Sequence record: KT895374.1
Reading direction: 5' to 3' (one strand)
DNA length: 64,000 bases
Shown: piece after piece, positions 38,889 through 49,516 of the stretch
Numbering within the stretch: the first letter of the stretch is position 1
Layout of the letters: every line of letters begins with the position of its first letter
The notes under the pieces: model-generated
What the model saw: only the letters and a program-made list of their open reading frames with translations
Database searches by the model: none
What the model was told of the DNA's origin: nothing
Position numbers and translations under genes: made by a program

Positions 38889-41345
38889 TTAATAAGTTAT
38901 TTCTAGTTTATCAAAAATTACGTCTGATTGGTTTATTGTTTGGAAACCAATCTTACCCTTTAAAAATGGATCTTTATTATCGGTATACTCTACTAAGGGA
39001 AAACCACCTATTTTATCATAAACTCTTATTTTGTTATTAAATAATGTAATAAAGATTGACAGTTTATTGTTATTGTAGGTTTGTTTTGTAGATGCTAAAA
39101 ATTTACCCCTAATTTGAAGGCTTTTTCCCTTATCAATATTTATCTCTGAATAATCAGGAGATATTTTATATAAACCTGATAATAATATATCTTTCTCATC
39201 CTCAATAGAATTATCTCTCTTAATAGTATAGAGATAATATTCTTTTTCATTTTTATATCTAAATATAATAGAAATATTTCCTCTCTTATTTAAATCTTGA
39301 GGACTAATATTTAAAAAGATTCGATGATCTGTAAATTCTAAGTTACCATCATATACATAATTAGATACTCCATCTTTGTAACCAATAGTTGTAATAGAAT
39401 TATCTATCATCTTCCATTCTTTAGGACTATTAATTACTTTTAAATTCCTATAATCAGCATTTAATACTAGATAATTATCATTAGAATTTATTTCACAATA
39501 GATTTTAATAGATACATTTTGATTTAGATATTTATTATCTAAATTAAATTCTACTCTTTCTTCTCCTAAATTTTTTTCTGTAATATATTCATTATCAATT
39601 TCAAAACGAATATAATCTCCACTATTTGATTCTATTATTATCTTAGGATCAACAATAAATAAATTAGACTTTATAATTAATTGATTATTATCTAAATTAA
39701 ATTCAGAATATATATTACTAATGATATTTTGAATATTATTAAAATCTAATCCGTTCTTATAAATCTTAAATAAAAACTGTTCATGTTTATCATATATTTC
39801 AATTTCTGATGAATTGTCAATCTCATTTATTTTCATATCACTAACAGAATTAAAAATATTCCGATCTAATGATTTAAAAGTTTTACCACTATCATTAGAT
39901 TCCAATATACTAAAGTATGAATTAGGTTGCTCTACAGAATCATATCTGACTTTAATCTGATTCCATCCTTGTTTTAAATTAATTTTAAAATCCTTTAATC
40001 TTATAGGTTGAACCTCAAGAGATTTGATAGTGACTACACCTTTTCCTTTGGCTGGAAAATCTATATCTAATGATTTTATTTGAACTTTTCTTTTAATATT
40101 AACAGGTAAAGATATTTTTGTAAAATTACCATTATTATTGAAGTAAAATTTTTCACCATCATAACTATGTGTTTCTTCAGTATCATCCGAATAAATAACT
40201 TTAACTCTAGCACCTGAAAAATTTAAATCTGATTGGTAATTAGTTTTATATGTTGTTGAGATAACAATATCAAAATAACTCTTTAAATCAGATACATCAA
40301 TATTAACATTTGCAATATTTAAAAATTCTTCTTCATCTAATTCTTTAGTTAAATAATAATTTTCATCTTCTTCTATTAACTCACCATTAATAATTTCCCA
40401 TCCATCAGTATTACCTAATTTGAAATCTGAATTTTTACTTTGTGTTTCAAAAATATTTTCATTAATAGAAAAGTTATCACTTGTAGAGCTAAATAACAGT
40501 TTATCATCTAACCAAAATTTATTTTCTCCAAAAAACATTGGTTTGAAGACTAATTCTTTATCTTCTTTTGAATAAATAAAACCGTTAAATTCTTTTCTAA
40601 AATTCTTTTTATAACTTTCAGGTAGCCCAAAGTCACTTTCATTCAAAGCTAAATAGTCCGAGTATGTACTATTAGTTAAATTAGTAATACCCAAACCTGC
40701 ATCAATGATATCATATTCATCTAGTCTTATTTTACCATTAATTCGATAATCACCAATTTCTTTAAAATTTCCATCAAGACTATCCAAATTATCAGATTTC
40801 TTATCAGAAATCTTAGTTGGAGTTCTAGGTTTTATCTTCTTATTATAATCTTTTGATACAATTTTATTACTAGGGGAATTTAAATCTTTTAATAATTCTC
40901 TTTTAATTTCTTTTGGATTTTCATAATTAAACATTTCTTCTGACTCTTTTTCAATAATGTCATTAATAATATTAATGTAAGAAGGATCGAATAATTTAAT
41001 ATTTGAATAATTTAATTGTACTGGTTTCATAATATCATTAACAAATAATACAAGATACCATAAATCAGTTGTACCATAAACATCATAACTTACATATTCA
41101 GGTCGGTAAAATAAATCTTTACTAATTTGGTAATCAATTAGGTAATTCTTAATAATATGCTCATATTTCTTAAGTATATTTACACCAAAAACGATAGTAT
41201 CATCAATTTTATAATACTTACTACTATAATCTAAGGTTAATTTATTACCTTTGGCATGTAGTACTGATTCCATCATAGAAGCAAAACCAGCACTATATAT
41301 AGCATCATCACCTAAATCATAATAATTTTTATTATTGATATTCAT
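38889..41345 (-). CDS. baseplate wedge-like protein (T4 gp53/LysM-like N-terminus) with beta-sandwich domains
   Basis: YRPEYVSYDVYGTTDLWYLVLFVNDI; C-terminal KGKIGFQ...VIFDKLEI lectin-like end. Confidence 0.65.
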   Translation of the reverse strand: MNINNKNYYDLGDDAIYSAGFASMMESVLHAKGNKLTLDYSSKYYKIDDTIVFGVNILKKYEHIIKNYLIDYQISKDLFYRPEYVSYDVYGTTDLWYLVLFVNDIMKPVQLNYSNIKLFDPSYINIINDIIEKESEEMFNYENPKEIKRELLKDLNSPSNKIVSKDYNKKIKPRTPTKISDKKSDNLDSLDGNFKEIGDYRINGKIRLDEYDIIDAGLGITNLTNSTYSDYLALNESDFGLPESYKKNFRKEFNGFIYSKEDKELVFKPMFFGENKFWLDDKLLFSSTSDNFSINENIFETQSKNSDFKLGNTDGWEIINGELIEEDENYYLTKELDEEEFLNIANVNIDVSDLKSYFDIVISTTYKTNYQSDLNFSGARVKVIYSDDTEETHSYDGEKFYFNNNGNFTKISLPVNIKRKVQIKSLDIDFPAKGKGVVTIKSLEVQPIRLKDFKINLKQGWNQIKVRYDSVEQPNSYFSILESNDSGKTFKSLDRNIFNSVSDMKINEIDNSSEIEIYDKHEQFLFKIYKNGLDFNNIQNIISNIYSEFNLDNNQLIIKSNLFIVDPKIIIESNSGDYIRFEIDNEYITEKNLGEERVEFNLDNKYLNQNVSIKIYCEINSNDNYLVLNADYRNLKVINSPKEWKMIDNSITTIGYKDGVSNYVYDGNLEFTDHRIFLNISPQDLNKRGNISIIFRYKNEKEYYLYTIKRDNSIEDEKDILLSGLYKISPDYSEINIDKGKSLQIRGKFLASTKQTYNNNKLSIFITLFNNKIRVYDKIGGFPLVEYTDNKDPFLKGKIGFQTINQSDVIFDKLEITY

Positions 41346-41358
41346 AAGTAAAACTCAC

Positions 41359-41940
41359 CTATTTCTTTTTATATTTATCAATATTGGTTTTTATTTTTTG
41401 AAAATTAAAATATCTCTGTTTTGTATATTTATAATTTAAATTAGAAAACTTAAGATTCTCTTCCCAATTATCTTTTAAACATTCATCAATGTATTTGATT
41501 CTAGTAAAATCTAGCTCATGCTGTCTTAGTAAGGGAGATAATACTTTATCAGCCAATTGTTGACATAATCTATCTTCTAAAGTATTAATAGAAAAATCTT
41601 CGGATATTACAACTACAATACTATTCATATATTTATAATCAATAATACTCGCAGATACTAAATCTTCAACAAAATAACTTGGTTGAAAATCAGCCAAACC
41701 TTTATATATTACATAGTCACGCTCCATATATTCTACAAAATAATGACATGGTAATGCATCTTTTTTTAAATCATCAATAAAATAATTTTGCCAAGTACCC
41801 CATGTAAAACCATTATTACCTTGAATTACAAATGGATCAATATAGAATTTTTCCATCAGATTTCTAGCATGAGTAATAATTATATAATCGGTACGTCTTC
41901 TAATTCTTCTAAAGTTTCTTAAGATATACAAGTTATTCAC
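41359..41940 (-). CDS. degenerate amidase_2-fold protein in the baseplate cluster
   Basis: YIIITHA...PCHYFVE...NSIVVVI...F pattern; the C-terminal zinc-ligand His is not evident. Confidence 0.45.
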   Translation of the reverse strand: MNNLYILRNFRRIRRRTDYIIITHARNLMEKFYIDPFVIQGNNGFTWGTWQNYFIDDLKKDALPCHYFVEYMERDYVIYKGLADFQPSYFVEDLVSASIIDYKYMNSIVVVISEDFSINTLEDRLCQQLADKVLSPLLRQHELDFTRIKYIDECLKDNWEENLKFSNLNYKYTKQRYFNFQKIKTNIDKYKKK

Positions 41941-42430
41941 CTAACTTTTTAATATTTTCTTCACTAATAATTAATTTCTGTGATCCCACACCCAGAATAA
42001 ATTCTTTTTTATCTTTATTAAAACATAATGAAGCTTCTTTACTCTGATATATGACATCAATATTTTCTTGAGAAGGTTTATTATAAATTGAATTATTAAA
42101 AAAGAATGGTAATTGTGGATCACCATTAAAAAAGAATACTGTGACTTTACTTCCTATTTCTGGTTTGATTGATTGTGAATTAGTGCTAAATTGTTTACAC
42201 CATATCCCATTTAGAGTTTTAATAGATTTAATATTTTCTTTTCGATTAATGATATTTTTATTATTAATATTTTCATCATATTCCATAGGGTCTTCTTTTT
42301 TAGAACTTACATTAAGACCTTCTACGTAAATTAAAAATTTATCTTCTTTTCTATCTAGAACTATACCGTTAAATAAATTATCAAAACTAATATTATCAAA
42401 GGATTCGCTCTCAAAATTCATTAAATTCAT
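41933..42430 (-). CDS. baseplate hub/spike protein, gp5/VgrG-type OB fold
   Basis: FNGIVLD...IYVEGL...IWCK...PEIGSKVTVFFFNGDPQLP; start moved to ATG 42430 (GAGAGGA RBS). Confidence 0.7.
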   Translation of the reverse strand: MNLMNFESESFDNISFDNLFNGIVLDRKEDKFLIYVEGLNVSSKKEDPMEYDENINNKNIINRKENIKSIKTLNGIWCKQFSTNSQSIKPEIGSKVTVFFFNGDPQLPFFFNNSIYNKPSQENIDVIYQSKEASLCFNKDKKEFILGVGSQKLIISEENIKKLGE

Positions 42431-42442
42431 TCCTCTCATATA

Positions 42443-42454
42443 TAAAAATATGTT
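42443..42454 (-). promoter_or_regulatory. late-type promoter heading the baseplate cluster
   Basis: Minus strand AACA-TATTTT-TA. Confidence 0.55.
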
Positions 42455-42478
42455 CAATAATAAAAAATAATTTAAATT

Positions 42479-42486
42479 TATATTAT
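42479..42486 (+). promoter_or_regulatory. early-type promoter heading the main Trp-repeat array
   Basis: TATATTAT-N6-G with G at 42493; back-to-back with a minus-strand late motif at 42443..42454. Confidence 0.65.
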
Positions 42487-42523
42487 AAAATTGATTATAG
42501 TAATAATGGAAGGAGAATATCTA

Positions 42524-43093
42524 ATGTCTTTTACAATTGGAGAAATTTTAGAGTCAGATTTAAATAATAAAAAAATAAAGAGTTTCTGGGAAAATATAAG
42601 AAATTATAATATTAGTGACGAATTCATAAATAAATATGATTATTATTTATTTTATATTGAAGAGTTCAGTCTCTATGATAATTATAATTTTTTACATAAA
42701 TATGGATTAAGGAAAGGAAAGATAAGAGAATATCAATTTTTAATACATTGGTGGGCAGGATCTAACTTAATTATAAAAATATTGGGTCAACCTAGAGCTA
42801 GATCATTTTTAGAAATATTTTTAGATGAGCATACACAAAAAAGAATTATAGAAAATGGCGGTATAGATGAGTTATTTTCGGGCAATTATACATTTCTTAA
42901 TGATGATAATGTATTATTCTTTAAAGATATTTTAGAGTCTCGTGATTTTTGGAAGTATTTTTCTGAAGAATATCCAATTAATTTTAAACTATATAAGGAA
43001 TTAGAGGATAAACTATTTATAAAATTAATGTTAAAAAATGAGTATATTAAGGATAAAAAACTTTTAAATGTATTAAAACTTATGAATTTGTAG
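42524..43093 (+). CDS. Trp-repeat-related protein (divergent)
   Basis: FWENIRNYNISDEFINKY; tail KLLNVLKLMNL; start moved to ATG 42524 (AAGGAG RBS). Confidence 0.7.
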   Translation: MSFTIGEILESDLNNKKIKSFWENIRNYNISDEFINKYDYYLFYIEEFSLYDNYNFLHKYGLRKGKIREYQFLIHWWAGSNLIIKILGQPRARSFLEIFLDEHTQKRIIENGGIDELFSGNYTFLNDDNVLFFKDILESRDFWKYFSEEYPINFKLYKELEDKLFIKLMLKNEYIKDKKLLNVLKLMNL

Positions 43094-43105
43094 GAGGATA
43101 TTATT

Positions 43106-43480
43106 ATGGATAATGTTTCTAATGAACTAATTGAATTATTGAAAAAATATGGTCGTGGTTATACATTATTTAAAGATGGGAGTATAGATACTGACTGGAC
43201 TTTGGTGAGTGAAATGCCACATTTAACTGAAGAAATTATCTTAACATATAGTGATAAGTTAAATTGGAGTCTACTATCTATACATCAAAGATTATCAGAA
43301 AACATCATTAGGAAATTTGATGATAAAATAGAATGGAATTTAGTATCTATGGACCAAGAACTATCAGAAGAACTAATAAAGGATTATTATCATAAAATAA
43401 ATTGGAATTTTTTAAGAATAAATAAAAATATTAAATGGAATAATAATATTGAAGCTCTAGAAAAAATGTCTAAATTATAG
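43106..43480 (+). CDS. Trp-repeat family protein
   Basis: Three 23-aa repeats; tail NIEALEKMSKL. Confidence 0.8.
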   Translation: MDNVSNELIELLKKYGRGYTLFKDGSIDTDWTLVSEMPHLTEEIILTYSDKLNWSLLSIHQRLSENIIRKFDDKIEWNLVSMDQELSEELIKDYYHKINWNFLRINKNIKWNNNIEALEKMSKL

Positions 43481-43490
43481 AGGTGTCAAT

Positions 43491-43829
43491 ATGAGTATAG
43501 AAGAGTTAGAGAATGAATTTAGAGATGAAATCAAAAACAATACATGGTCATCTATTTCATTTGATCAGAGACTATCTGAAGATTTCATCAAAAAATATAG
43601 AGATAAAGTAAACTGGCGTATTATTTCAATTTACCAAGAATTAACAGAAGATTTTATTGATTGCCATAAAGATAAAGTAAACTGGTATTATATTTCAATC
43701 CATCAAAAATTGTCAAAGGATTTTATAATTAAAAATAACGATAAAATAAATTGGAGAAATATTAAATATAATAACCATATTGACTTTGATGAAGAATTAG
43801 AAACTCTTTATCAATTACATGTAGTTTAG
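43491..43829 (+). CDS. Trp-repeat family protein
   Basis: Three repeats; tail ELETLYQLHVV. Confidence 0.8.
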   Translation: MSIEELENEFRDEIKNNTWSSISFDQRLSEDFIKKYRDKVNWRIISIYQELTEDFIDCHKDKVNWYYISIHQKLSKDFIIKNNDKINWRNIKYNNHIDFDEELETLYQLHVV

Positions 43830-43850
43830 AAATTATAGGAGGGTCTCATT

Positions 43851-44549
43851 ATGAATTTAGAAGTTCTAGAAAAAAAATTAAAACCCATGATTGAAGCAGA
43901 AAAATGGAATTCTATATCAGGATACAGTAATGGTTTATCAGAGGAATTCATAGAAAAATATGCTGATAAAATAGAATGGAATATATTATCCCAGACACAA
44001 AAATTGTCCGAATCGTTTATAGAAAAGCATTTATATAGATTCATTTCTTTAAAATTTTTAATTATGAAACAAAAATTGTCTGAATCTTTTATAGAAAAAC
44101 ATGTGGAATGTGAGATTTCAGAATATTGGATACTGGTTTTTCTTTATCAAAAAATTTCTGATAGATTTTCTAATAAATATGCAAGATATGTTAATTGGAA
44201 GAGAATATCAGGAATTTATAGTTTAAAAGAAGAATTTGTAGAACGATATAGCGATAAATTAAATTGGAAGAGAATGTCGATAAATCGTAAATTATCAGAA
44301 TCATTAATAGAACAATATTTGGATAAATTAGATTGTGAGCGTATATTAAAAGCTCGTAAATTATCAGAATCATTTATAGAAAAACATCAGGATAAATTAA
44401 ATTGGAGACTTATATCACTTTATCAAAAAATTTCAAAAGAATTTATAATTAGAAACAAAAATAAGATAGATTGGAAAATAATTGAGCATAACATCTATGT
44501 TAGCTTTGATGAAGAACTAGAGACTCTCTACAAATTATATGTAGTTTAG
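43851..44549 (+). CDS. Trp-repeat family protein
   Basis: About eight repeats; tail ELETLYKLYVV. Confidence 0.8.
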   Translation: MNLEVLEKKLKPMIEAEKWNSISGYSNGLSEEFIEKYADKIEWNILSQTQKLSESFIEKHLYRFISLKFLIMKQKLSESFIEKHVECEISEYWILVFLYQKISDRFSNKYARYVNWKRISGIYSLKEEFVERYSDKLNWKRMSINRKLSESLIEQYLDKLDCERILKARKLSESFIEKHQDKLNWRLISLYQKISKEFIIRNKNKIDWKIIEHNIYVSFDEELETLYKLYVV

Positions 44550-44569
44550 AAATTATAGGAGGTCTTAAT

Positions 44570-45409
44570 ATGATTATGTATTCAGAAGAAGAATTAAAAC
44601 TTTTGATTAAGGAGAATAGTTGGGGAATTATCTCAACGAGCGGACAAGAATTGTCCGAAGAATTTATGGAAAAATATGCAGATCATATTTGGTGGAATGA
44701 TTTATTAGATCATCAGGAAATACCAGAAAGGATTATTAAAAAATATGTAAAAAAATTTAATTTAAAAAAAATATTTATGGAAAAAAAGATGTCGGAATGG
44801 TTTATTGAGAAATATGCAAATCAAAAATATGGTCCTAATTATTGGAACGAAGTTTTTGTGTATCAAGAATTGTCCGAAGAATTTATTAAAAGACATATAT
44901 CTCATGTTAACTGGACTAAGTTAATAAAAGAACACTATGTTTCTGAAGAATTTATTGAGAAATATGCAGACAAAATAGATTTTAACAAAATTGCAGAATA
45001 TCAAAAATTGTCAGAGTCTTTTATTGAAAAATATAAAGATAGACTTAATTGGAAGGATATTATCGAACATCAGGAATTATCTGAAAGTTTTATTGAAAAA
45101 CATCAGGATAGACTAGAATGGCAATATATTTTTATTTATCAAAGATTATCTAAAGAATTTATCACCAAATACCAAGACAGGGTGGAAGATTGGAATTTAA
45201 TTTCATGGAATCAAAAATTGCCAGAAGAATTAATTATTAAGTATCAAGATAAGATTGATTGGCTTTGTATCTCTCAACAACAGGAATTGTCCGAAGAATT
45301 TATTGAAAAATATCACCATAAATTGAATTGGATAGCCCTAAAACGCTGTAATCCATATATTGAATTTAATGAAAAAATAGAATCTTACTATAAATTATAT
45401 ACGCTTTAA
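44570..45409 (+). CDS. Trp-repeat family protein
   Basis: About ten repeats; tail KIESYYKLYTL. Confidence 0.8.
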   Translation: MIMYSEEELKLLIKENSWGIISTSGQELSEEFMEKYADHIWWNDLLDHQEIPERIIKKYVKKFNLKKIFMEKKMSEWFIEKYANQKYGPNYWNEVFVYQELSEEFIKRHISHVNWTKLIKEHYVSEEFIEKYADKIDFNKIAEYQKLSESFIEKYKDRLNWKDIIEHQELSESFIEKHQDRLEWQYIFIYQRLSKEFITKYQDRVEDWNLISWNQKLPEELIIKYQDKIDWLCISQQQELSEEFIEKYHHKLNWIALKRCNPYIEFNEKIESYYKLYTL

Positions 45410-45431
45410 AATTGATAGCTGGGGGAAAATT

Positions 45432-45830
45432 ATGAATTTAAGTAGAGAGATTTTTTTAAATGAGACAAGTAAAGTCAAAGATCTTTTTCCTGAAAAAATA
45501 ACTATTGAATTTGCTGAAGAAAATATTAAGGATAATCTTGATTGGGCATTTGTTTCAGGATATAGAGAGTTGTCTGAAGAATTTATTGAAAGGTTTTCTG
45601 ATAAAATTCGATGGGAATGGGTTGCTCATGGTACAAGAAATTTATCAGAACCATTTATTGAAAAATATAGTGATAAACTTAATTGGTTGCACATTAGTTC
45701 TGATCATAAATTATCGGAAAGCTTTATAATTAAACATCAAGAAAAAATTAAATGGACTTTTCTTAAAGATAATCAAAATATAGAATTTACTAAAAAACTA
45801 GAGACTCTATATAACTTATATGAAATATAA
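45432..45830 (+). CDS. Trp-repeat family protein
   Basis: Three to four repeats; tail KLETLYNLYEI. Confidence 0.8.
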   Translation: MNLSREIFLNETSKVKDLFPEKITIEFAEENIKDNLDWAFVSGYRELSEEFIERFSDKIRWEWVAHGTRNLSEPFIEKYSDKLNWLHISSDHKLSESFIIKHQEKIKWTFLKDNQNIEFTKKLETLYNLYEI

Positions 45831-45838
45831 CATTTGGG

Positions 45839-46369
45839 GTGATAATTATGCACTTTAATGAATTTGAATTTACCACCCTCTATGGAGATAATAGAACTGT
45901 AGAGGAATTGGAGAATCATTTTAAAGATGAAATAAAAAAATCAAATTGGGATTTAATATCTAATAGTACCATTTTAAATGATTCATTTATTGAAAAATAT
46001 AAGGATAGGCTAAAATGGATTAATTTATGTATTAACCATAAGATAACAGAAGAATTCATTGAAAAATTTTATGAAGAAATCCATTGGAATATAATTTCAG
46101 CGGAGCAAAAATTGTCGGAATCAATTATAAATAGATATTCTAATGAACTTGACTGGAATTATCTAAGTACTTTTCAAAACATGTCTGAATCGTTTATTGA
46201 AAAAAATGCTGATAAAGTTAATTGGAGTGAAATAAGCTTATTTCAAAAATTGTCCGAAGCATTCATTGAAAAACATCAAGACAAAATTGATTGGAATGAA
46301 ATAGCAGATAATGAGAATATAATCCTTACAGATAAAATAAAAACCTTAATTAATTTACATAAGGTATAA
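45839..46369 (+). CDS. Trp-repeat family protein
   Basis: Five repeats; tail KIKTLINLHKV. Confidence 0.8.
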   Translation: MIIMHFNEFEFTTLYGDNRTVEELENHFKDEIKKSNWDLISNSTILNDSFIEKYKDRLKWINLCINHKITEEFIEKFYEEIHWNIISAEQKLSESIINRYSNELDWNYLSTFQNMSESFIEKNADKVNWSEISLFQKLSEAFIEKHQDKIDWNEIADNENIILTDKIKTLINLHKV

Positions 46370-46410
46370 ATTAAATTTATATTATATATGAGGGGTGAGA
46401 ATAATAATTT

Positions 46411-46983
46411 ATGAAAATAATAGAATACTTAAAAGATAATAAAGAATTCTGGGAAGGTATTAGTAAATATGATCTTTCTGATGAATTTATTAATAAATAT
46501 CAAGAATATTTAAATTGGTTAGAACCCGATTTTCTATTTTATTCTAAAGGTGCTTTTAATCCAAAACTTAAAAAAATAAAATTAATAGAAAAATATAAAT
46601 ATAAAATTTTATGGGATTATGATCTAATTTATATAACATTGTTAAAGAAGCATTATGAAAATGAATTTATAAAATCTGATAAAATTGTAGATTTTATAAA
46701 TTCTCTAGAACCTGTTTTTGGTAGAAACAAAAATTTTCTCATTTCTTCAGTTATAAGAAATGAAATATTATGGAACGATTATCATATATTAAACACTATT
46801 GAAAATATAGAGAAATATAAGGACTATATTTCATGGGAGGAATTTTGCAAATATTATCCTATTACTATTGAGATATTTAATAAATTTAAAGATGATTATT
46901 TAATGTTAAATTACTGTTTATTAGAAAATGATCAAATAACTGATGAAAAATTAAAAACAATGATTCGACTAAATAGTATTTAA
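46411..46983 (+). CDS. Trp-repeat-related protein (divergent)
   Basis: FWEGISKYDLSDEFINKY (cf. 42524..43093); tail KLKTMIRLNSI. Confidence 0.7.
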   Translation: MKIIEYLKDNKEFWEGISKYDLSDEFINKYQEYLNWLEPDFLFYSKGAFNPKLKKIKLIEKYKYKILWDYDLIYITLLKKHYENEFIKSDKIVDFINSLEPVFGRNKNFLISSVIRNEILWNDYHILNTIENIEKYKDYISWEEFCKYYPITIEIFNKFKDDYLMLNYCLLENDQITDEKLKTMIRLNSI

Positions 46984-46998
46984 TAAGGAGGAATATTT

Positions 46999-47439
46999 TT
47001 GAACAGCCAGTACAGTCATAAAGAACTAAGCAAACAATCAAACTTATCATTTCTATTATTAAAAGAAATAATGAATGAAGAAATATCTACAAAAGAAGAT
47101 CAAATCTTTCTTTATGATAAACCCTTACGAGACAATGATGATAAAAAAATGTTAATATATAGTCTAAATTCTAAAAACATTAGGAGAAAGAATAAAAAAG
47201 AGTATTCGTGTTTTAACCCTTTTTTAAATAGTGATCACTTAGATTTAATGATTGACTTAATATATAAAAATGAAGAGGATATAGATTGTATTGAAATAGA
47301 GGAGGAAAGTGAAAATAAATATTCAATAAAAGTTAAAAATATAAGTAACAACATTATGAAAAAGGAAGAGTTTTATAATAATGAAAGTAAAAATAAATCT
47401 ATAATGAATATATTATTGAATTATTATGAAATAAATTAG
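46999..47439 (+). CDS. hypothetical protein (146 aa)
   Basis: AAGGAGG RBS; TTG start. Confidence 0.7.
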   Translation: MNSQYSHKELSKQSNLSFLLLKEIMNEEISTKEDQIFLYDKPLRDNDDKKMLIYSLNSKNIRRKNKKEYSCFNPFLNSDHLDLMIDLIYKNEEDIDCIEIEEESENKYSIKVKNISNNIMKKEEFYNNESKNKSIMNILLNYYEIN

Positions 47440-47450
47440 GAGTGTTTTAA

Positions 47451-47936
47451 ATGTCTTTAGCTTCTTCACACTATCTCAATAAAATTGAAATGGATTTCAT
47501 TACACTATCTAAGACTTTAAAAAATTTGTATTCAGAAGATATAGATGTAATAAAATCTTTTTTAACATGGTTAAGAAGATATTATAAGAAAAGAGAATTA
47601 ATGTTCCATCAAGTTAATCTATCAATTGAAAAATTAAAGAATTATACATTAAAAATAAATAATGAAAATAAAGATCTTCATCCTTATATAAAATATGTAC
47701 CATTAGAATTTTGGAAAGAAGTTAGTTATTATAAACTTAGTAGCAAGGAATTAGAAGTATTTGCAGATGTTTTAGATTGGAAAATAATTTCATCAAACCG
47801 TCTCTTTTCATATGAAGAAATTATAAAATTTGAAAAATATATAGATATTGATATTTTAAAAAAGGATAATCTTCTCCTATTATTATTGAATGAAGATGAA
47901 AGATTAGAAACATATCTAGAACTCTATAGTTTATAG
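47451..47936 (+). CDS. Trp-repeat-related protein with a unique N-terminal domain
   Basis: FWKEVSYYKLS...LDWKIISS; tail RLETYLELYSL. Confidence 0.7.
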   Translation: MSLASSHYLNKIEMDFITLSKTLKNLYSEDIDVIKSFLTWLRRYYKKRELMFHQVNLSIEKLKNYTLKINNENKDLHPYIKYVPLEFWKEVSYYKLSSKELEVFADVLDWKIISSNRLFSYEEIIKFEKYIDIDILKKDNLLLLLLNEDERLETYLELYSL

Positions 47937-47948
47937 GGGGTTCATTAA

Positions 47949-48455
47949 TTGCTTAATACTAAGTATGGACGTAGTAATATTGCCAATAAATATTTAATTA
48001 TGGAAAATTGTAAAATCTTAAAAAGAATAATAAGTGTTTTATCAAAGGATAATAAGACATCTAAAAAAATAAAAAAAGAAATAGAATGGTTATTTATAGA
48101 TACCTATATATTAAATAAATATTTTCGGACAGAAAAAGGTATTATGACTGAATCAATGGCAATAGCTTCCAATTTAGAAGAAATTAAAGAATCAGATGAA
48201 ATTGTTGAAAAAATTAGGAAGGTAGTTCCTAGATATTTGTGGAGAAGTTTACAAATAAAACTAGATGAAGAAGAGTTATTAATTTTTAAAGATGCTTTGT
48301 ATTGGGATGATCTAAGTCTTGATTATCCTTTTACAAGTAATTTTATCTATGAAAACAGGGATTTAATTAATTTTAATAATTTAAGTAAAAATATTAATAT
48401 GGTAAATCATCCTGATAATAAATTAAAAACTTTTATAAAGATAAATAACCTATAG
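47949..48455 (+). CDS. Trp-repeat-related protein with a unique N-terminal domain
   Basis: LYWDDLSLDYPFTSNFI; tail KLKTFIKINNL. Confidence 0.7.
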   Translation: MLNTKYGRSNIANKYLIMENCKILKRIISVLSKDNKTSKKIKKEIEWLFIDTYILNKYFRTEKGIMTESMAIASNLEEIKESDEIVEKIRKVVPRYLWRSLQIKLDEEELLIFKDALYWDDLSLDYPFTSNFIYENRDLINFNNLSKNINMVNHPDNKLKTFIKINNL

Positions 48456-48476
48456 GTGAGAGGAATTTAAAAACTA

Positions 48477-48956
48477 ATGAACTTAGATAAACTATCTAAA
48501 GAGGATATCATCAATAAAATAAAAGAAACATTAAATGAAAGATTCCCCGATAGTAAATATTTAAATGATATTATTTTTCCTGCATTTAAGCAATATTTCA
48601 TTCAAGCATTAGGGTATGTTTCTCTTGAATCAAAATACTCTAATTCATTGAAAGTTATATTATCTTATTTATTAATAAATAAAGAAATAGAAGATGAAGC
48701 ATTAACTTTAAAAAAATTATTACCATCTAGCTTTTGGGATTTTATCTCTTACCAAGATAATCTACCTAATGGTTTTATAAGAGAATATAAAGATGTATTA
48801 AATTTTAAAATATTATCTCTTCATCATCATTTAACATGTGAATTTATTATTGAGTATAAAGATCTAATTAATTTCAATAATATTAAAACTAATTTAGTCA
48901 CTAAACAAAATAAAGATAAACGCATAAAAACCCTATTAAAATTATATGATGTATAA
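48477..48956 (+). CDS. Trp-repeat-related protein, paralogue of 48977..49516
   Basis: FPDSKYLNDIIFP; FWDFISYQDNLPNGFI; tail RIKTLLKLYDV. Confidence 0.72.
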   Translation: MNLDKLSKEDIINKIKETLNERFPDSKYLNDIIFPAFKQYFIQALGYVSLESKYSNSLKVILSYLLINKEIEDEALTLKKLLPSSFWDFISYQDNLPNGFIREYKDVLNFKILSLHHHLTCEFIIEYKDLINFNNIKTNLVTKQNKDKRIKTLLKLYDV

Positions 48957-48976
48957 AGAAGGGAGATTAATGATTA

Positions 48977-49516
48977 ATGAAAAATACATGGCTTAAAAAT
49001 AAAATTAATGAAGATGAAAAAGAAATTGAAGAGATTTTATTATTAAAATTTCCTGATAGTCATATTTTAAAAGATATTATTCTTCCTAATTTTAACCAGA
49101 TGATTAAGGAACTAAAAATTATATTTACCAATTCTGAATATGGGTTCGCTAATTCTGCATATGGATCTTCTTTTTCCCCTCCACTTCGTAGTAATAATAA
49201 TTTAGAGCGTAATATTGGTTTTATATTGGAAAGATTAAAGGGTAATCTTAAAGTACAAGAAGAGCGTAGATTTTATGAAAAAGTGTTTATTGATCGGGTA
49301 TTTTGGAGAGTAGTATCAGGTACAAATGGGTTAAATGAAAGTTTTATAGAAGAATATAAAGAATTATTAGACTTAAATACTATCTCAAAGCATCAGGATC
49401 TATCATATGAATTTGTATTTAGAAATAAAGAAATACTTAATTTTGAATTACTAAGCAGAAATAAAAATATTAAAGATGGAAAGCTAAGAACATTTGTAGA
49501 AATAAATAATATATAA
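48977..49516 (+). CDS. Trp-repeat-related protein
   Basis: FPDSHILKDIILP; FWRVVSGTNGLNESFIEEY; tail KLRTFVEINNI. Confidence 0.72.
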   Translation: MKNTWLKNKINEDEKEIEEILLLKFPDSHILKDIILPNFNQMIKELKIIFTNSEYGFANSAYGSSFSPPLRSNNNLERNIGFILERLKGNLKVQEERRFYEKVFIDRVFWRVVSGTNGLNESFIEEYKELLDLNTISKHQDLSYEFVFRNKEILNFELLSRNKNIKDGKLRTFVEINNI

